Shown: positions 10,193-23,213 of the stretch, in pieces
Layout: every line of letters starts with the position of its first letter
Numbering within the stretch: position 1 is the first letter of the stretch
Source: Chromera velia
Lineage: Eukaryota
Direction of reading: 5' to 3'
NCBI GenBank assembly: GCA_018398765.1
Contig: JAHBMJ010000372.1
Span: 1-49,041 of the forward strand
Length of the DNA: 49,041 nucleotides
Translations under genes and position numbers: made by a program
The notes under the pieces: generated by a model
Seen by the model: the letters and a program-made list of their open reading frames with translations, nothing else
Told to the model about the DNA's origin: nothing
Databases searched by the model: none

Positions 10193-13100
10193 GAAAAGAG
10201 AGACCCTCAGATAGACTCCCAATCGCTCTTTTCTCTCCTCTCCTCTTCTGACCTGTATTCTTCGTTTCTCGCAGCGAGCATGGATGTTTGAGCCGATTCT
10301 CCGGCGGTGCGAAGGAAGAGAGAGAGCCAGCCTGGACAAACGGTACCGTTCTGTGCGGAGAGCACGAAGGTCAGACCCTGCAAGCAATCAAAGAGAAGAG
10401 AAGAGAAGAGAAGAGAAGAGAGGAGCAGAAAACCAGGGAGGAGAGCAAATACATCCAAATGGAAGGGTTACATGCATACGACAAACAAATTAAGTGTGTA
10501 TGGCAGCAACACATACAACTGCATGGAATTTTCTTTCCTGACACCCTTGCGTCTTGTAGAAGAGCGAGTGGGAGGGGAATACAGACTGCCAAGAAAGACC
10601 GTGAAAATGCCACAGAGGTAGAAAGAAGCACGAAGTAGGCCGGTTGAGCTGGCTGGGGAGAACGGCAGGAAGGAAGAAAGAAAAGAAGAGTGAAGGAAGA
10701 GGGAAAGAAAGCCTGCCTGTTTGTCTGCCTGCCTGGCTGACTCTGTATGTGAAAGTTGCGGAGTCTCCTTCCTCGCTGTCGTCACCGGCGAACGAAGGAA
10801 AGGGCACGTCGAAGAACCGAGGGCCTCCAGCCACTGTGCGCAGTTCCTTCTCTGTCGCTGCAGACAAGAAGGGAATTAAGAAGCAAAATGAAGATTGAAG
10901 CAACCAACAAAAAGATCAAAAGGCATGTCCACGAGCATTCTCACAATTCATTCGCAAAACTGGAAAAAAGGAAGAGGAAAAGTAAATGGCATAAATACAG
11001 AAGTCCTAAAAACGGACAGGACGGGACCGAACATTCCAAAAGCAAACTAAGTCAAAAAGCAAAAATAAAAAGTAAAATCGAAGATGGGGCTCACAGACCG
11101 TCAGTCACCATACTTTTCTCTCTGGTCGGTCTCTACGAATAGCTCTCTGCCTGTTTTTTCTTCTCTCGCATCTGTGTCTTCTTCTCGATTGATCGAAGGA
11201 AGTTAGCGCATCCATCCATCCATCCATCTATCCATGTATCCATCCAGACATCTTTGATCGAGGCGTGTTGAGGACTCAGAATCCATTCTTCTAGCCGTCT
11301 CTCCATCTGTCTCTCTCTCGCGCGCGAGTGAGTGAGTGGGTGATCGGGGAATCCATTCGCATCGCATCAGCACCAATGAAGGAAGGAAGGAAGACAATGC
11401 AGCGGGCCCTTTTCTTTCTGCTCCCTTGTCTCATCGGAGTTTTTCCTTGCATGTCCGAAATCTCTCCATTTTTTCCCATCTGAAGGACCATCAGCCTCTC
11501 TTGTGCGTGCGTCATGCAAGAATCGATGGACAGGATGCGGTGGAGATGGACGGACGCGAAAATTGACGAGTCAGTCAGGGCGTCCGTGTGTCGGTATGCA
11601 CATCATCCATCATCTTTTTTGCTTCTTTCTTTCTTTTCTTCTTGCGCTCGAGCAGTCGTGGGGGGCTACTCCATTGCAGGCTGATCGTTTCCGGAGGAAT
11701 GAAAGACGAAGGAGAGCGTCAGACTGAAAGTCGGTAAGGGCGACGCTAGGAAGAAAGAGAGAGAAACGGGTCCTGTACTGAAGAAGGGGGAAGAAGGATC
11801 TGGAGTACATGACTTCGGAGCAACATTGTGCCGAGGGAGTGGGACAGAACCACTCGGGGGGGTAAGCGGCGAGTCAGCAGGTGGGCGGAACTGTCTGATC
11901 CTTTCCGTTCTGTCTCTCCATGTCCGTGTCTCTCTTTAAGTCTCTCGTCGATGATCATCCTCCCCCAATTCTCTCTCAGGATTTCCGTTCTTCTTCAGGG
12001 CACGCGATCCATCAATCGGTCAATTTCCACAATCATTCATTGAGACAGCCCCAGAATCACACAACCTGACGGTAGCCCTTGAACGAACACCCGCCCTTCG
12101 TCACCTTCGTGCTTACAGAACGGGTCCATTCCGACCATGCACCGACGATCGATCCATCCATCCATCCATGCATCTGATGCAATGCAACTGAATGGTGATT
12201 CCTCCCTCCGTCCATCAGTCTACGTCACACAGCGCTGGTTTCCCTATTGCTGGCTGTAAGAAAGAAGTCTGATAAGAAGAAGAAGAAGAACTCCATGCAC
12301 CACCATTCCTGAACCCCTTCCTTGATAGACCACGGAAGCAAGGAAGGGAATGGATGATGGAGGAAATAGACACACACCAGACCAGACCAGGCAGTCAATC
12401 CTGCACAAAAAGGGATTCTACAAGCCACAAGGGAAAAGTCAAGGGACGAAAAAGACAAAAAGAAAATAAAAAAGAGAAGAAGGAGGAAAATGCAATGAAA
12501 AGGGTCGCCCAGGGAAAAATCAGAAGATCTTTCGAAAAATGGATCGTGCACGCATCATCGTACAGCCAGGTCAAAGCACCCATAGGCGGACAACTCACTC
12601 CGAGGCACTCACTCACTCACTCACTCACCCGCCAGTCTGTCCTCCAGCTTCTTCCTCTTGGTGTCGCACTCGGCATGACGCACCGCCAACTCTTGGTGGT
12701 CTTTCTGAAAAGACATCAGAGAACAAAGAAACGAGGAAGAGAAGGGGAGCACAGCAGATTCCTTTCACTGCTGTGCAGATCGTTTCTATAGAATTATGGT
12801 ACACCGGAGAAAAGAAAACAACGAAGAGAAGCAAAAGAGCACAAACAAGCCAACGAACAAATCAGATACGACACAAAACAACGGAGACAAACCGAAGATA
12901 AAAGAGAAGAGGGGGGTTGGGAGAAAAAAAAAAGGAGAGCAAACAAAGAAACGGGACCTCATTCTTGCCCTTCATTCTTGTTGACGACGTTCCAAAAGAA
13001 AGTGCCCAACTCACCTGCAGCGCCAACAGGTGTTCTGCAACTGCCTCCTTCACGTGTGTCTTCTCATCCTTTCTCTTGAAGGTCGCGTCGCACCCTGAGA

Positions 13101-13333
13101 ATCTACAGTGAACCTGCGCGTCATTGCAAAAGCAGACTATGTGTTTTTCTTTTCTCCCTCCCTTTCTTCATATACATAACAAAGAAACAGACCGACAGAC
13201 AGGCAGACAGACCGACAGACAGACAGACTATATCGTCTTTTCCTTCCCTTTTCTTTTCCTTCAGACAGACTAGATGGTTTCAGACAGACAGACAGACAGA
13301 CAGACAGGCAGACAGACAGGCAGGCAGGCAGAC

Positions 13334-13367
<34 letters not shown>

Positions 13368-14807
13368 GCAGGCAGACGTGGACATACAGACCAACACACA
13401 GACAGAAAAGCAGGAACCTCTTGGAAGGGAACCAGACGGACGGACAGAGGGACACTTGGCCACTCTGTCCCTTGGCAGATCATGAGAAAAGAACAAGGTA
13501 GAAACGCAAGAAGAAAAGAGTGTGTGACAAGAAGCGAATGTACCAACGCACCTCCACCTCCGGACAGTCGCTCTTCTCGTGCGCCTCCACATCTCCCCGT
13601 TTCAGCCTCAGGCCGCAGCCGCTGGGGCATTTCACGATGGCGGCGGTGCAGGACAGGCTGTGCTTGTATCGGTCTGCGAATGGGTAGTTCTCCCCGCACT
13701 CCCTGAGAGCAGACGCACATCGAGGCACAGAGAGGGATCAATGGCCCAAAGAAAAAACAAAACGGCTTTCAATTCCATTGATCGTCTATCTGTATTCAAA
13801 CTTCTGATGAGCTCTCTCTTCTCTGTCCCCTCTCCCTTGCCCTCTGTCCTTCCCTTGCCCTCTGTCCTTCCCTTCTTTCGATCAATCTTCCTTATAGTGC
13901 CTGCCTGCCTGCCTGCCTGGCTGGCTGGCTGCCTGCCTGCCTGCCTGCCTGGCTGCCGACCGTGTGTGCGTTCCTCCTCTTTCCAGTTCTTTTGATAGAA
14001 TCTCAAAGCGACCCACAACCTCCATCCAACACAACAAACACATGGAGGACTGGACTCACTCACTTGCACAGGATGAGTCGTCTCTTGCACTTCAAAAGAT
14101 GTGGTGTCATCTCCTTGCTGATCTTCTCTATGTCGCAATAGGGGCATTTTTTCAGCTGCACACAAAGAATACAGGGGAAGCCCGCCGACGACGATCAATC
14201 AAGCAACTGAAGACATATACCCAAAGGGTCCCTCCCGACTGCACGTCCGCTTTCAAAGGAAAGACTTCCGAGACAAATCAGACATATTCGCGAAGAGCAT
14301 GCACACACACGTGAGAGCATCAACTCATATAACTGAGCCCATACGAGAATAAATGCGGCAAGAGCGTGTATCAAGTACCCAGCGCTCATCTTCTGACGCA
14401 AACATTTGGAAGCACGCACAAAGACTCCCAACCGAATCCCCCCCCCCCCTCCCACACGAACCAACCTCGTAGGGGCACTCCTCCTTCCTATGCCTCTCCA
14501 TTCTCTCTGCCGTGAGGGTCTCCTTGCAGCCGCGTGCTTCGTTCGGGCATTTGTACTTTATCGAGGTGTACAGATTCTTCAGAGGGCCCGACAGGGGGCG
14601 CTGCCATGGTGCGGGCTGTCTGCAGAGAGGACAGCGGACGTCGTCCTGGACGTTGTGCCATCCGTCCATGCAGGCACGGCAGGCGATGTGCTCGCAGGGG
14701 GAAATGACAGGGTCCACTGCGAGTTCGTGACAAATCATACAGTCGAAGGTGTCAAGCAACGACTGGTTCTGGGAGTCTGCTACTTCAAGTCGGTTTGCGT
14801 CTTCCAT
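8725..14807 (-). CDS. TRAF-like E3 ligase: RING, TRAF zinc fingers, coiled coil, MATH domain and P/Q-rich tail (508 aa, 10 exons)
   Basis: Exons are 14466-14807, 14064-14155, 13552-13702, 13015-13113, 12629-12704, 10742-10857, 10253-10377, 9730-9828, 9382-9457 and 8725-9075, all GT-AG and phase-consistent (1527 nt). RING: CMICHE...PCEHIACRAC...CPLCR. zf-TRAF: KCPNEARGC...H...ECPY and KCPSGCG...HEKSDCP. MATH-like motifs: FTYRGLTF, GWLSLFL, YRFSL, GWGW and KILKVRVWI. Confidence 0.85.
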
Positions 14808-15840
14808 GGTTCCTTAAGTTACTGAAAGAATCTTTGCAAGGCAAATGCTGCACTGGTCGACAGAAGTTAAACCAGAGGTGCCAGCGGAGTATATATATGC
14901 GTGTGCAGAAACAGGTGAGGCAATAGTTGCGGAAGTGCAGAGCACAGCAGTTCTGGAGTTGCGGTTTGAAAAGGGAAGAGCTGAGCACAAAAGCAAGCGC
15001 GGCGGTTTGAATGCCGACAATATGGTTTACTTCGTCGGGTGAGCTGCTCTGTGAGTCTGTGTATGCCCGTCTTCTCTCAGCAAACTGTATGAAGTAGACC
15101 GCTTTATAGAATGTTGAGTCTGAGCGCCCAAATACAGCTCAGACATACATGTTGGTCCGACGTGACACACACACCAAAAATTAATTTAATTCAATTTATT
15201 ATTAATAATATTTCCTTATACTGCGTTGTATATATTAGTATTAGTATTTTTATATAATTATTAATGTCATATGATATATAATAATGGCTGAACTGCCCAC
15301 TGAGACTCAACCGCGTCAGAGTTGCACGGTGGCGCGCCGCCACCGTGGGCGTCGCCGCATCTGACCTTCCATTTTTTTTCTGACCTTCGATCAATCTTTT
15401 TGCACACTGAGAGCCCCATGAGAGCCATTGAGAGCCCGGCTGGAGATGCACAGGCTTCATATTAATACCTCCAGCTCTCGCGATCCTCGAGCGACTTACA
15501 CTCAGAGAGGAGGTTGCGCGTTGGAGAAGAGATAAACTAGCTTGCTGGGCATCGGGGATTTGGCCTGTCCCTGAAGACTGCTTTTTTGCAATCGAGTTTC
15601 GCACGTCGTGGGATCTTTGATTGGAAAGGCCTCATACCCTGACTTTCGTTTGTTGCACTCTTGGTTCTTCCTTGTGCCACGCGTTCTCCTACTATTTTCC
15701 TCTTCTGCTGTGTTTCTCATCGATTCAGGCAATTTGTTTGGAGTTTTGTTGAGAATCGGCAAAAGATAGGAGAAAGAGATCCTGATAGAGGACCAGACTT
15801 ACTTAGAGAGACGGACACAGCACTGACCTAGCTGCAGAAG

Positions 15841-17529
15841 ATGGGCAACTGCTGTTTGTGGCAGGGCGGGGAAGGAGAGAAGAAGAATGAGATTGAGGCC
15901 TTCCCCCGCGTCCAAGTTCCCGGAAGATCGGCGGCAGTAGCAGAAGCCGACTCAGAGGAATTGGTGGAGAAGGAAGCCACCACCCTCGATCAAGAAGTTG
16001 TCTACACAGGACAATGGAAGGTCAGTCCGACTTCTATTTTTGCTGTGAAAACACCCTCGCAACAACGTCACATCTGGCCGGTCCTGTGCGCTCTGCTCTC
16101 TCTATCCGATGCGAAGGGCTTGCCGGACACCCACTCACCCTTCTCCTCTCATGGCCATGGCGTTGTTCGATCGAAAGTGGCCTGGAAGGAATCGCTCACC
16201 TCCCCGTTTCCTTTCCCCTCCCTCCCGTCCTCTGCTGCCCCCTGTCTTGCTCTTTCTCCAGCTGTTTCTGTGTGCTAGAGCCTCTGTCCTTCTTTCAACC
16301 TCTGCCTCTGCCTGCCCACCTCACTTTCCACATCGGGCGGTACGGTGCCAATACCTCTCCTACCCCCCATTCCTTTCAGCCTTCCATCAGCCAGAGAGCT
16401 TTTGTGCTTTTTGAGCTGCCCTCCCTGGGCGGTACTCATTCGTTGGCGCCCTACCTGTCAGAGAAAGAAATATTTTCCGACCGATCGGGTCTTCAGGACA
16501 TCACACGTTGTGATCGCCTGCTCATGCACATTCAAATGTCTTCCTGCATGCAAACTTTTCAATCAATCGAAAAGGCAAGTCTGGCTCAGGCTCACACGAC
16601 GTCCTTGTAATTGCCATTCCATGACCTTGAGAGGAGCTCTGCAACAAAGCTTTTCCTTCCTCTCTCCACCCTTCTCTCTCTCCCTCCGTGTGACGGGGTC
16701 TGTGTCTGTTTGTGCTTCCCTGCGTGCCTGCCTGCGCCTGAGCTTCAGGGAAACGTCCGATGGGGGTACGGCAAGCAGGAGTGGCCGGACGGGGCCCGGT
16801 ATGAGGGGCAGTGGAAAGACGGGGTTGCTGATGGTGAGTGTTAGAGGGGGGGNNNNNNNNNNNNNNNNNNNNNGGGGGGGGGGGGGCAGAAGAGAAGGGG
16901 AGACGAGAGGAGAAGCAAGACTGTTGTGCACACGGACAGGCCTTCCTTTATTTTTGGTTTGGTTTGGTTCTATTTGGATGGGCGGACAAGAAATATTTCC
17001 CTTCAGCTCTCTTCAATGGGTGATGTAGAACTAGGGTCTTTTTCTTCTTGCTCTACCTCTCCCTCTCTCTGCGTCGTGCATTTACGCTTTCTATGAAGCA
17101 TCCACCAACCTCGTCTCTTTCCTACAATCCTCAGTCGTCTCTCGGCTTGATGGAAGGAACTTCACATGTGCGCCCATGCGCCCCAAGGGGGGCAGAGCTT
17201 GCCTTCTCATTGAGCGCATCCATGCAGCATGGGGTGTTTTCATTTTCGCCTGCCAGTGGCGTCTTGAAGGTCTGATGAGCGTTTTTCTTTTTTGTGTGCC
17301 TCTTCTTTCCTTCCTTCCTTCCCTCCTTTCTGTGTGCCTGCCCGCCTTCGTGTCCCTCCTTGCAGGTGAGGGGAAGTTCTTTCACACTGACGGGGACATC
17401 TACGAGGGCGGGTGGAAGAACGACAAGGCCTGCGGTCTGGGCACTTACTTTCACTCGGATGGCTCCAAGTTCGTTTTTTTTTTTTCCCCCTGAGAACACA
17501 CACACACACACACACAGAGACGCGCGCGC

Positions 17530-17568
<39 letters not shown>

Positions 17569-17854
17569 GGATGGCCGGAAGGAAGGCACACACTGTACAG
17601 AATCCAACAAGCCATCACTCGTTCCCGCACTCTGCATTTTTGGTTTTTTCTTCTTGTTCCGTTGGGAATTCAGAGTCCCTCTGGTCTGCCTCCTTCCCCG
17701 TCCCTCCCTCCCTCCCTGGCTTCTGCCCGAATTTCCTTCTCCCTCCCCATTTTCGCCCTTTCTCCCACCACCGCGATTGGATACGACAGACCGACGACAG
17801 GAATTGAGACAGAATGATCATGCATGCCCATCATTTATGTCTCCGCGGCTGCTT

Positions 17855-17903
<49 letters not shown>

Positions 17904-19069
17904 CCTATCTGTATATACAGGTATGTGGGAGGCTGGTTGGATGACCAGAAGCACGGAGAGGCCGAGGAGATTTGGGCAGACGGGTCGAAGTTCAAAGGCA
18001 CATACCAGTGAGTTAATTCTCCCTTTGTCCTTAATTCCTGCATGCTGCCTGCTTATTTCCTTCGTTTCTCTCCCTTGCCTGTCCAAAGAAGGCATGAGCC
18101 TGTCTGACTATTTGTATGCGGGCCCGGGCGAATGGAAAGGAAGCGAGGCTCGGAAAGGCTGTCTTACTGCATGAACACCATCATATGCTCACTTGCCCAT
18201 AGCTTCGGGGTCATTTCCTTCACTCATGGGCAGCATCCACAACGCGGAAATTCCCCCCCCGATTCACACTTTCAATACTTGCCTGCGCACTTACGTGTGG
18301 GTGCAGATATGGAAAGAAGGAGGGCCTCGGGCATTTCGAGTGGCCGGAAGGGTCGACGTACGACGGCCAGTTCAAGGACAACTCGATCCACGGTCAGCCG
18401 GACAGACAGACAGACAGAATGGAAAGCACCGGCGCTGTAAGCGATGCCGATGCCTCCTTGCATACTCTGTCTTTCCTGCAAGCGGTACATGTCGCTGAAA
18501 TGAAGAGCCATTCACTGCCCGCAGCATTGCATCTCGACCTTGCCATATACCCAGAGGTGTTTCGCTGCCAACAATTGTTGGTCTCCCACACAACTCCTCA
18601 CTCAGCTCCGTCTTGCACCGCCTTCTCTTTTTTCTGGTGACAGGCCCCTTTGGTTCTTGAAACCAACAGACAAGGCAGACTGGGCAGGCTGCACCCATGA
18701 CTTTCCGAGCAGGATGATCTGTTCACTTTGATCTGCCTTCTCTGTTTTCCTCTGTTCCTCCGATAACCTGGTTTCTTTTTCCACTCCAAATCCTCCCCCC
18801 AATCTTTTTGAGTGGTCTTCGCCTCTCTTTCTGTGTCTCTCTCGTTTGATCAGTCATCCAACTAGGTGATCCTGTACCCACACACTCACTCATTTTTCAT
18901 TTTTGTGTCTGTTCGTTGGTTCGTTCGTTCAGGTGAGGGAAAATACACGTGGACAGACGGGAGGAGTTACACCGGACAGGTCTGTGGAGGGATCTGTGTG
19001 TGTCTGTGTCTGTGTGAGCGTGCCGATGAATGTGTTTGTGTTCAAGTGCGTGTGCGTGCGTATGCGCGC

Positions 19070-19107
<38 letters not shown>

Positions 19108-19199
19108 AGTGAGGGAGTGAATGGATTTTCTTTGTGTTTGAGTGTACGTATGTGTGTCTATGATGCATGCGTGTTTGTATGTATGTATGTATGTATGTG

Positions 19200-19236
<37 letters not shown>

Positions 19237-19787
19237 CTGCAGTGGGTTGACAATCACATGAGCGGTCACGGCCGGTTTGAGTGGAAGGACGGTCGTTATT
19301 ATGAAGGACAGTACGCTGACGACAAGAAGGAAGGAGAGGGAGTGTTCTCCTGGCCAGATGGGAGGGTTTACGAGGGACAGTGGAAGGACGGGAAGCAGCA
19401 CGGCATCGGGATCTTCTCCACGAAGTCCGGACAAAAGAGAAAGGGTCGGTCGGTCTGCATGTCTGCATGGATGGAAGAAGGCGAAGAGAAGGGAGAAAAA
19501 AGAACAAGCTCTTCAGACAGACAGACATTCTGCTTCAAGTTACGATCGGGGGGTTCGACGGATAAACGGGTCAGGGAGAGCGCAGATGGCCGACCTACCT
19601 TATGAATGGACATGAATATGGATGGATGGATGCAGGGACTGAAGTGTGTCTGTCTGTTTACGTCCATCCTTGAATGTCTCTGTCTCGATCTTTCTTTGCA
19701 GGAGAGTGGAAGGACGGAACGCGACACAAGTGGATCTCGGAGGCTTGGAAGGAGGGGGAGCAACCGGCACCGGAGAAAACTGACTGA
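15841..19787 (+). CDS. MORN-repeat protein with N-terminal MGNCC dual-acylation motif (291 aa, 8 exons)
   Basis: Exons are 15841-16020, 16749-16833, 17366-17468, 17921-18007, 18307-18392, 18933-18979, 19243-19444 and 19702-19787, phase-consistent (876 nt). The product has repeated YEGQWKDG.xHG.G...W.DG units. Confidence 0.93.
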
Positions 19788-20615
19788 CCGACTTAATTGA
19801 CTCGAAGGAGCGTTTAGACCGACATTCACCTGAGCGAGCAGAGGAATAGAGAGCTGACTGCATGCATCAAGGAAATGAAGAGAACGGCAGCTGTATGTGA
19901 GAACCATGAATGCCGTGAGGGAGAAGGGGGACCTTCTCTCTCGCTTTCTTCCCAAAAGAAGACAGGACTGCCATACACAAAGACTGCAGGGGGGCAGACA
20001 GGTCTCTCTCTCTACCAAGAATGCAGCAGGTGTCGGTGCGTGCACATAGAGGTGCATGAATACTGGATGCATTTGTGAAAGTATGAATGCATGCATGTGG
20101 GCTGCATGAGGGGGGTGCATGCATGTTAAAGGAATGGTTTCATGTCATGTCCTGAGCTCCTCTCTCTCTCTGTCTCTCTGTCTCATGTGGGCCCTTTGGG
20201 AAGGTGGCGGTGTGGGGTGTTGAGTGAGCAGGTGAGTGAGGACATGGAAAGAAAGTGGTCGCTTAAATTAAATGAAGTACATCGATCGTCTGCCTGTTTT
20301 GATAAGATTGAATTGGCGGCTGACAGAAGAGCACAAGGGGGCCACGGGAAGGGGTGGACGTTCAAGGGGTGGTCTTTGTTACTGTGTGCATGCATCGACC
20401 GGGGGTGCATTCGAAAATCAGCAACGCGGTCTTACTTACTATAATTAGTGGACGGACGGCTACAGAATCGGTGGAGGGGTTGAATCGTCCAACGGTTTCA
20501 TCTCTCTAGGAGGGTGAAGCGTTCTCTTTCCTTCAGACAGGATGCACACACACTTCGATCAAGCACAGTGAGGAGGAAAGCTTTGGAGGGGGGGACAGGG
20601 TTGCATCGAATTCAC

Positions 20616-20652
<37 letters not shown>

Positions 20653-21340
20653 TTGATCGAAATCCGTTGGGCAGCAGCCAAAAGAGAAGGTCGTCTGTGG
20701 CAAGAAAAAGTCTGCCGCGAAGCGTCTGCAACTCGTCACGAAGCGAGAATAATACACCTGCCGAGCCAATTCAGTCGGTACCCAAGTCGCGGGTTGACTG
20801 ACGTCATGCGGATTTGCGCGCATGTCTGTCACTAGCGTTCCTTCTGCATGATTGGAGCGCTCATGCCTGGGGTTCACGACATTCCTTCTCACTTTGTTCA
20901 GACTGGGTGTGTTGCCTTCTTTAACCTCGCGCACAGCGTGGCACTGCACATTTACTCCAGCAAGGACGGCCTGCGAAGATTTGCGAATGATCCAACGATC
21001 AAGCGAGCATAGCCCAGCATGCACTTCAGCCGCGTGCTAGCAAGAGCAGCGCCAGCCAGCCAGCCAATGAAAAATGTGCCCGTAATTCATTTCTCGCAAA
21101 GGTCAGTTGTGTAGCCAAAGCGTCGGAGAGCGATCAATAAATTAACCCCGCTGCCGATCGATTGAGAAATGTTCGAGCAGCTGCATCGAGCTTGTAAATT
21201 ATTAGAATGAGTTGAAACATTGAGTTCCCTGTTTCATGAACTGCACTGCTAATATGCATAAAAAAAGTGAACATGAACTAATATATTACATATATGATTA
21301 CTAAAGCATACAACTACTATGGTGATGTCCTAGGTGATGT

Positions 21341-21590
21341 CTAGGCGACGCATAGTAGTAAAAAAAAAAAAAAAAAAATAGACATGTTAAGTTTTTTTTT
21401 TCTTTTTTAAAGTTTTTTTTTTTTTTAGTCTGGCGGTCAAAGGTTCAAACAAACCTAGCAAAGGTAGGTTTTGTAGTTAGATGTGTTTTTGTTATATGTT
21501 TGGCACTTCCAATAAAATAAAAAAAAATAAATAAAGATTAGACTTCTCAAGATTTTTCTTTTCTTTTTTTTTATCACTGTGCGCGCCTAG
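21341..21590. mobile_element. 250-bp non-autonomous MITE with CTAG termini and 8-bp TSD
   Basis: The left end ctaggcgacgcatagtagtaaaaaaaa matches the reverse complement of the right end, ctaggcgcgcacagtgataaaaaaaa. It is flanked by ggtgatgt at 21333-21340 and 21591-21598 and has an AT-rich interior. Confidence 0.8.
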
Positions 21591-23213
21591 GGTGATGTCT
21601 GATCATCATGATATTACATTATGAAACGTATAAATTTATTAAAACTCTCAGGGCCGGCTGTATTATTATAAAACGTATATGAATTATAATGTATACCTAG
21701 ACGTGATTCTGTCACATGAACTTAGACCTGTAGGTTCCTACTTCATATTCCTGCATAATCCTACATATTTCTTCATATTCCTACCCTAAATTCCTTCATA
21801 TTCCTGGCAACTTGCAGGGAAGAATCAGTGTCCATGCAAGTCAAAGTCTAGGTCAAAGTGAATGATCAACACGATGCTAGACATGATGATTACCCTAGTG
21901 ATTACCGTTAAAGTTTAACGGTTAAACTAGCCGACGTAGTAGCCGTTAAATGATCAAATACGATCATGATGCAGGTATTGTAGAGAAACACATTATCAGA
22001 GACATGCAGTGCTTAGTAGACATGCAGTGCACTAAGCACTGCATGTGATTAGTGCACTGCATGTGATGCATATAATGAGACATCAATAGCCATGCACAAA
22101 ATACAAGCCTGCGGGAGTTACAGGCTAAGTGCAAGTAAGTGCAAGCCAGATGCCGTGCCAAGCTGGCTATGGTCCATGGTGGGTGCTCTGTTGAGTGCCG
22201 CGCTCTCAGGCCACTCAATTAAGGCGCATTGAACAAACCCATCGACCATGACAGTGCGGAAACAATCCATCTTCGACTGACGTGTTATGCACAGAGATCG
22301 ATCGGTAGATCAAATCGACGGGCCAGCTTGTTGAAAGGAAGGGGGGGAAGGAACGATCGATTGGAGGAATCCAGGCCGAAAGCAGGAACAAAAAGAAGTG
22401 GAGGCAGGAGGAACGCAATTCGGAGGGTTGCGGGGAAGAGAAAAAGGGCAGGGGAGTCTAACTTCGCATGATTTGAAGTCACTCAAAGTCATTCGTCTCC
22501 TCTCTAACATGGTCTGACGCTCTCTGTCTGCTCCCTTCCTTCGAATCTCTTAACTGTCCCCCCAGCTGTCTATATCTTGCATGGCCGACATTTACATGCC
22601 TGCCGACTGTTGGTGTCGATCCAGCAGGCAGGACGTCTCTCTCAAGAGCGATGAATGCACATGCACTCTCACCCACATGAAGGACAGGAAGGAAGCGTGG
22701 AATGGAGGAAGAGGAGTGAGGAGGTGGATGGGTTGGAGAATGAGAGAGTGCATAAATGAATGAATGAATGAATGAATGAAGTCGCCGCTTTTCTTTTCTA
22801 TGCGCGCTCACTGATAGAATCGAAAATGAATCATGAGACGTGCACACGAATGGTGTGTGTCGAGTCATTGAGGTAGGTGATCAGCCGTTCCTTTTTTCTC
22901 TCTCTCTCCTTGTCCTCTTTGCTTTGTCCTTCATTCCGTCCTGCCTCTCTCCCAACACAATCACCCCCCTCCCTCTTTGACCCCCTGCTCCTCTCTCTCT
23001 CTCTTTACTTAATTGAAGGTGCTTGCCAGACAAAAAGACAGACAGATGAGCAGGTGCAGCCGAGACGAACCACACCATCTGCCTGCCTGTCTGTCTGTCT
23101 CTGCCTTTCGTTTCTTCTCCATCCTTTCTCTCCCCTCTCCTCCTGTCGATCGATGGCGTCTCCTTCCCAGCCCAACCCAGCATGCCAGCAGGCAGGCTGC
23201 CAGCCACACACAT

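Noticed and set aside
12225..12253. Alternative terminal exon for the TRAF-like gene (ASNRETSAV*)
   Set aside because: It is phase-compatible, but five downstream exons give a coherent MATH domain, so the longer model is preferred. A minor isoform is not excluded.
15841..19787. PIP5-kinase annotation for the MORN gene
   Set aside because: No kinase domain is encoded; the protein ends right after the MORN repeats.
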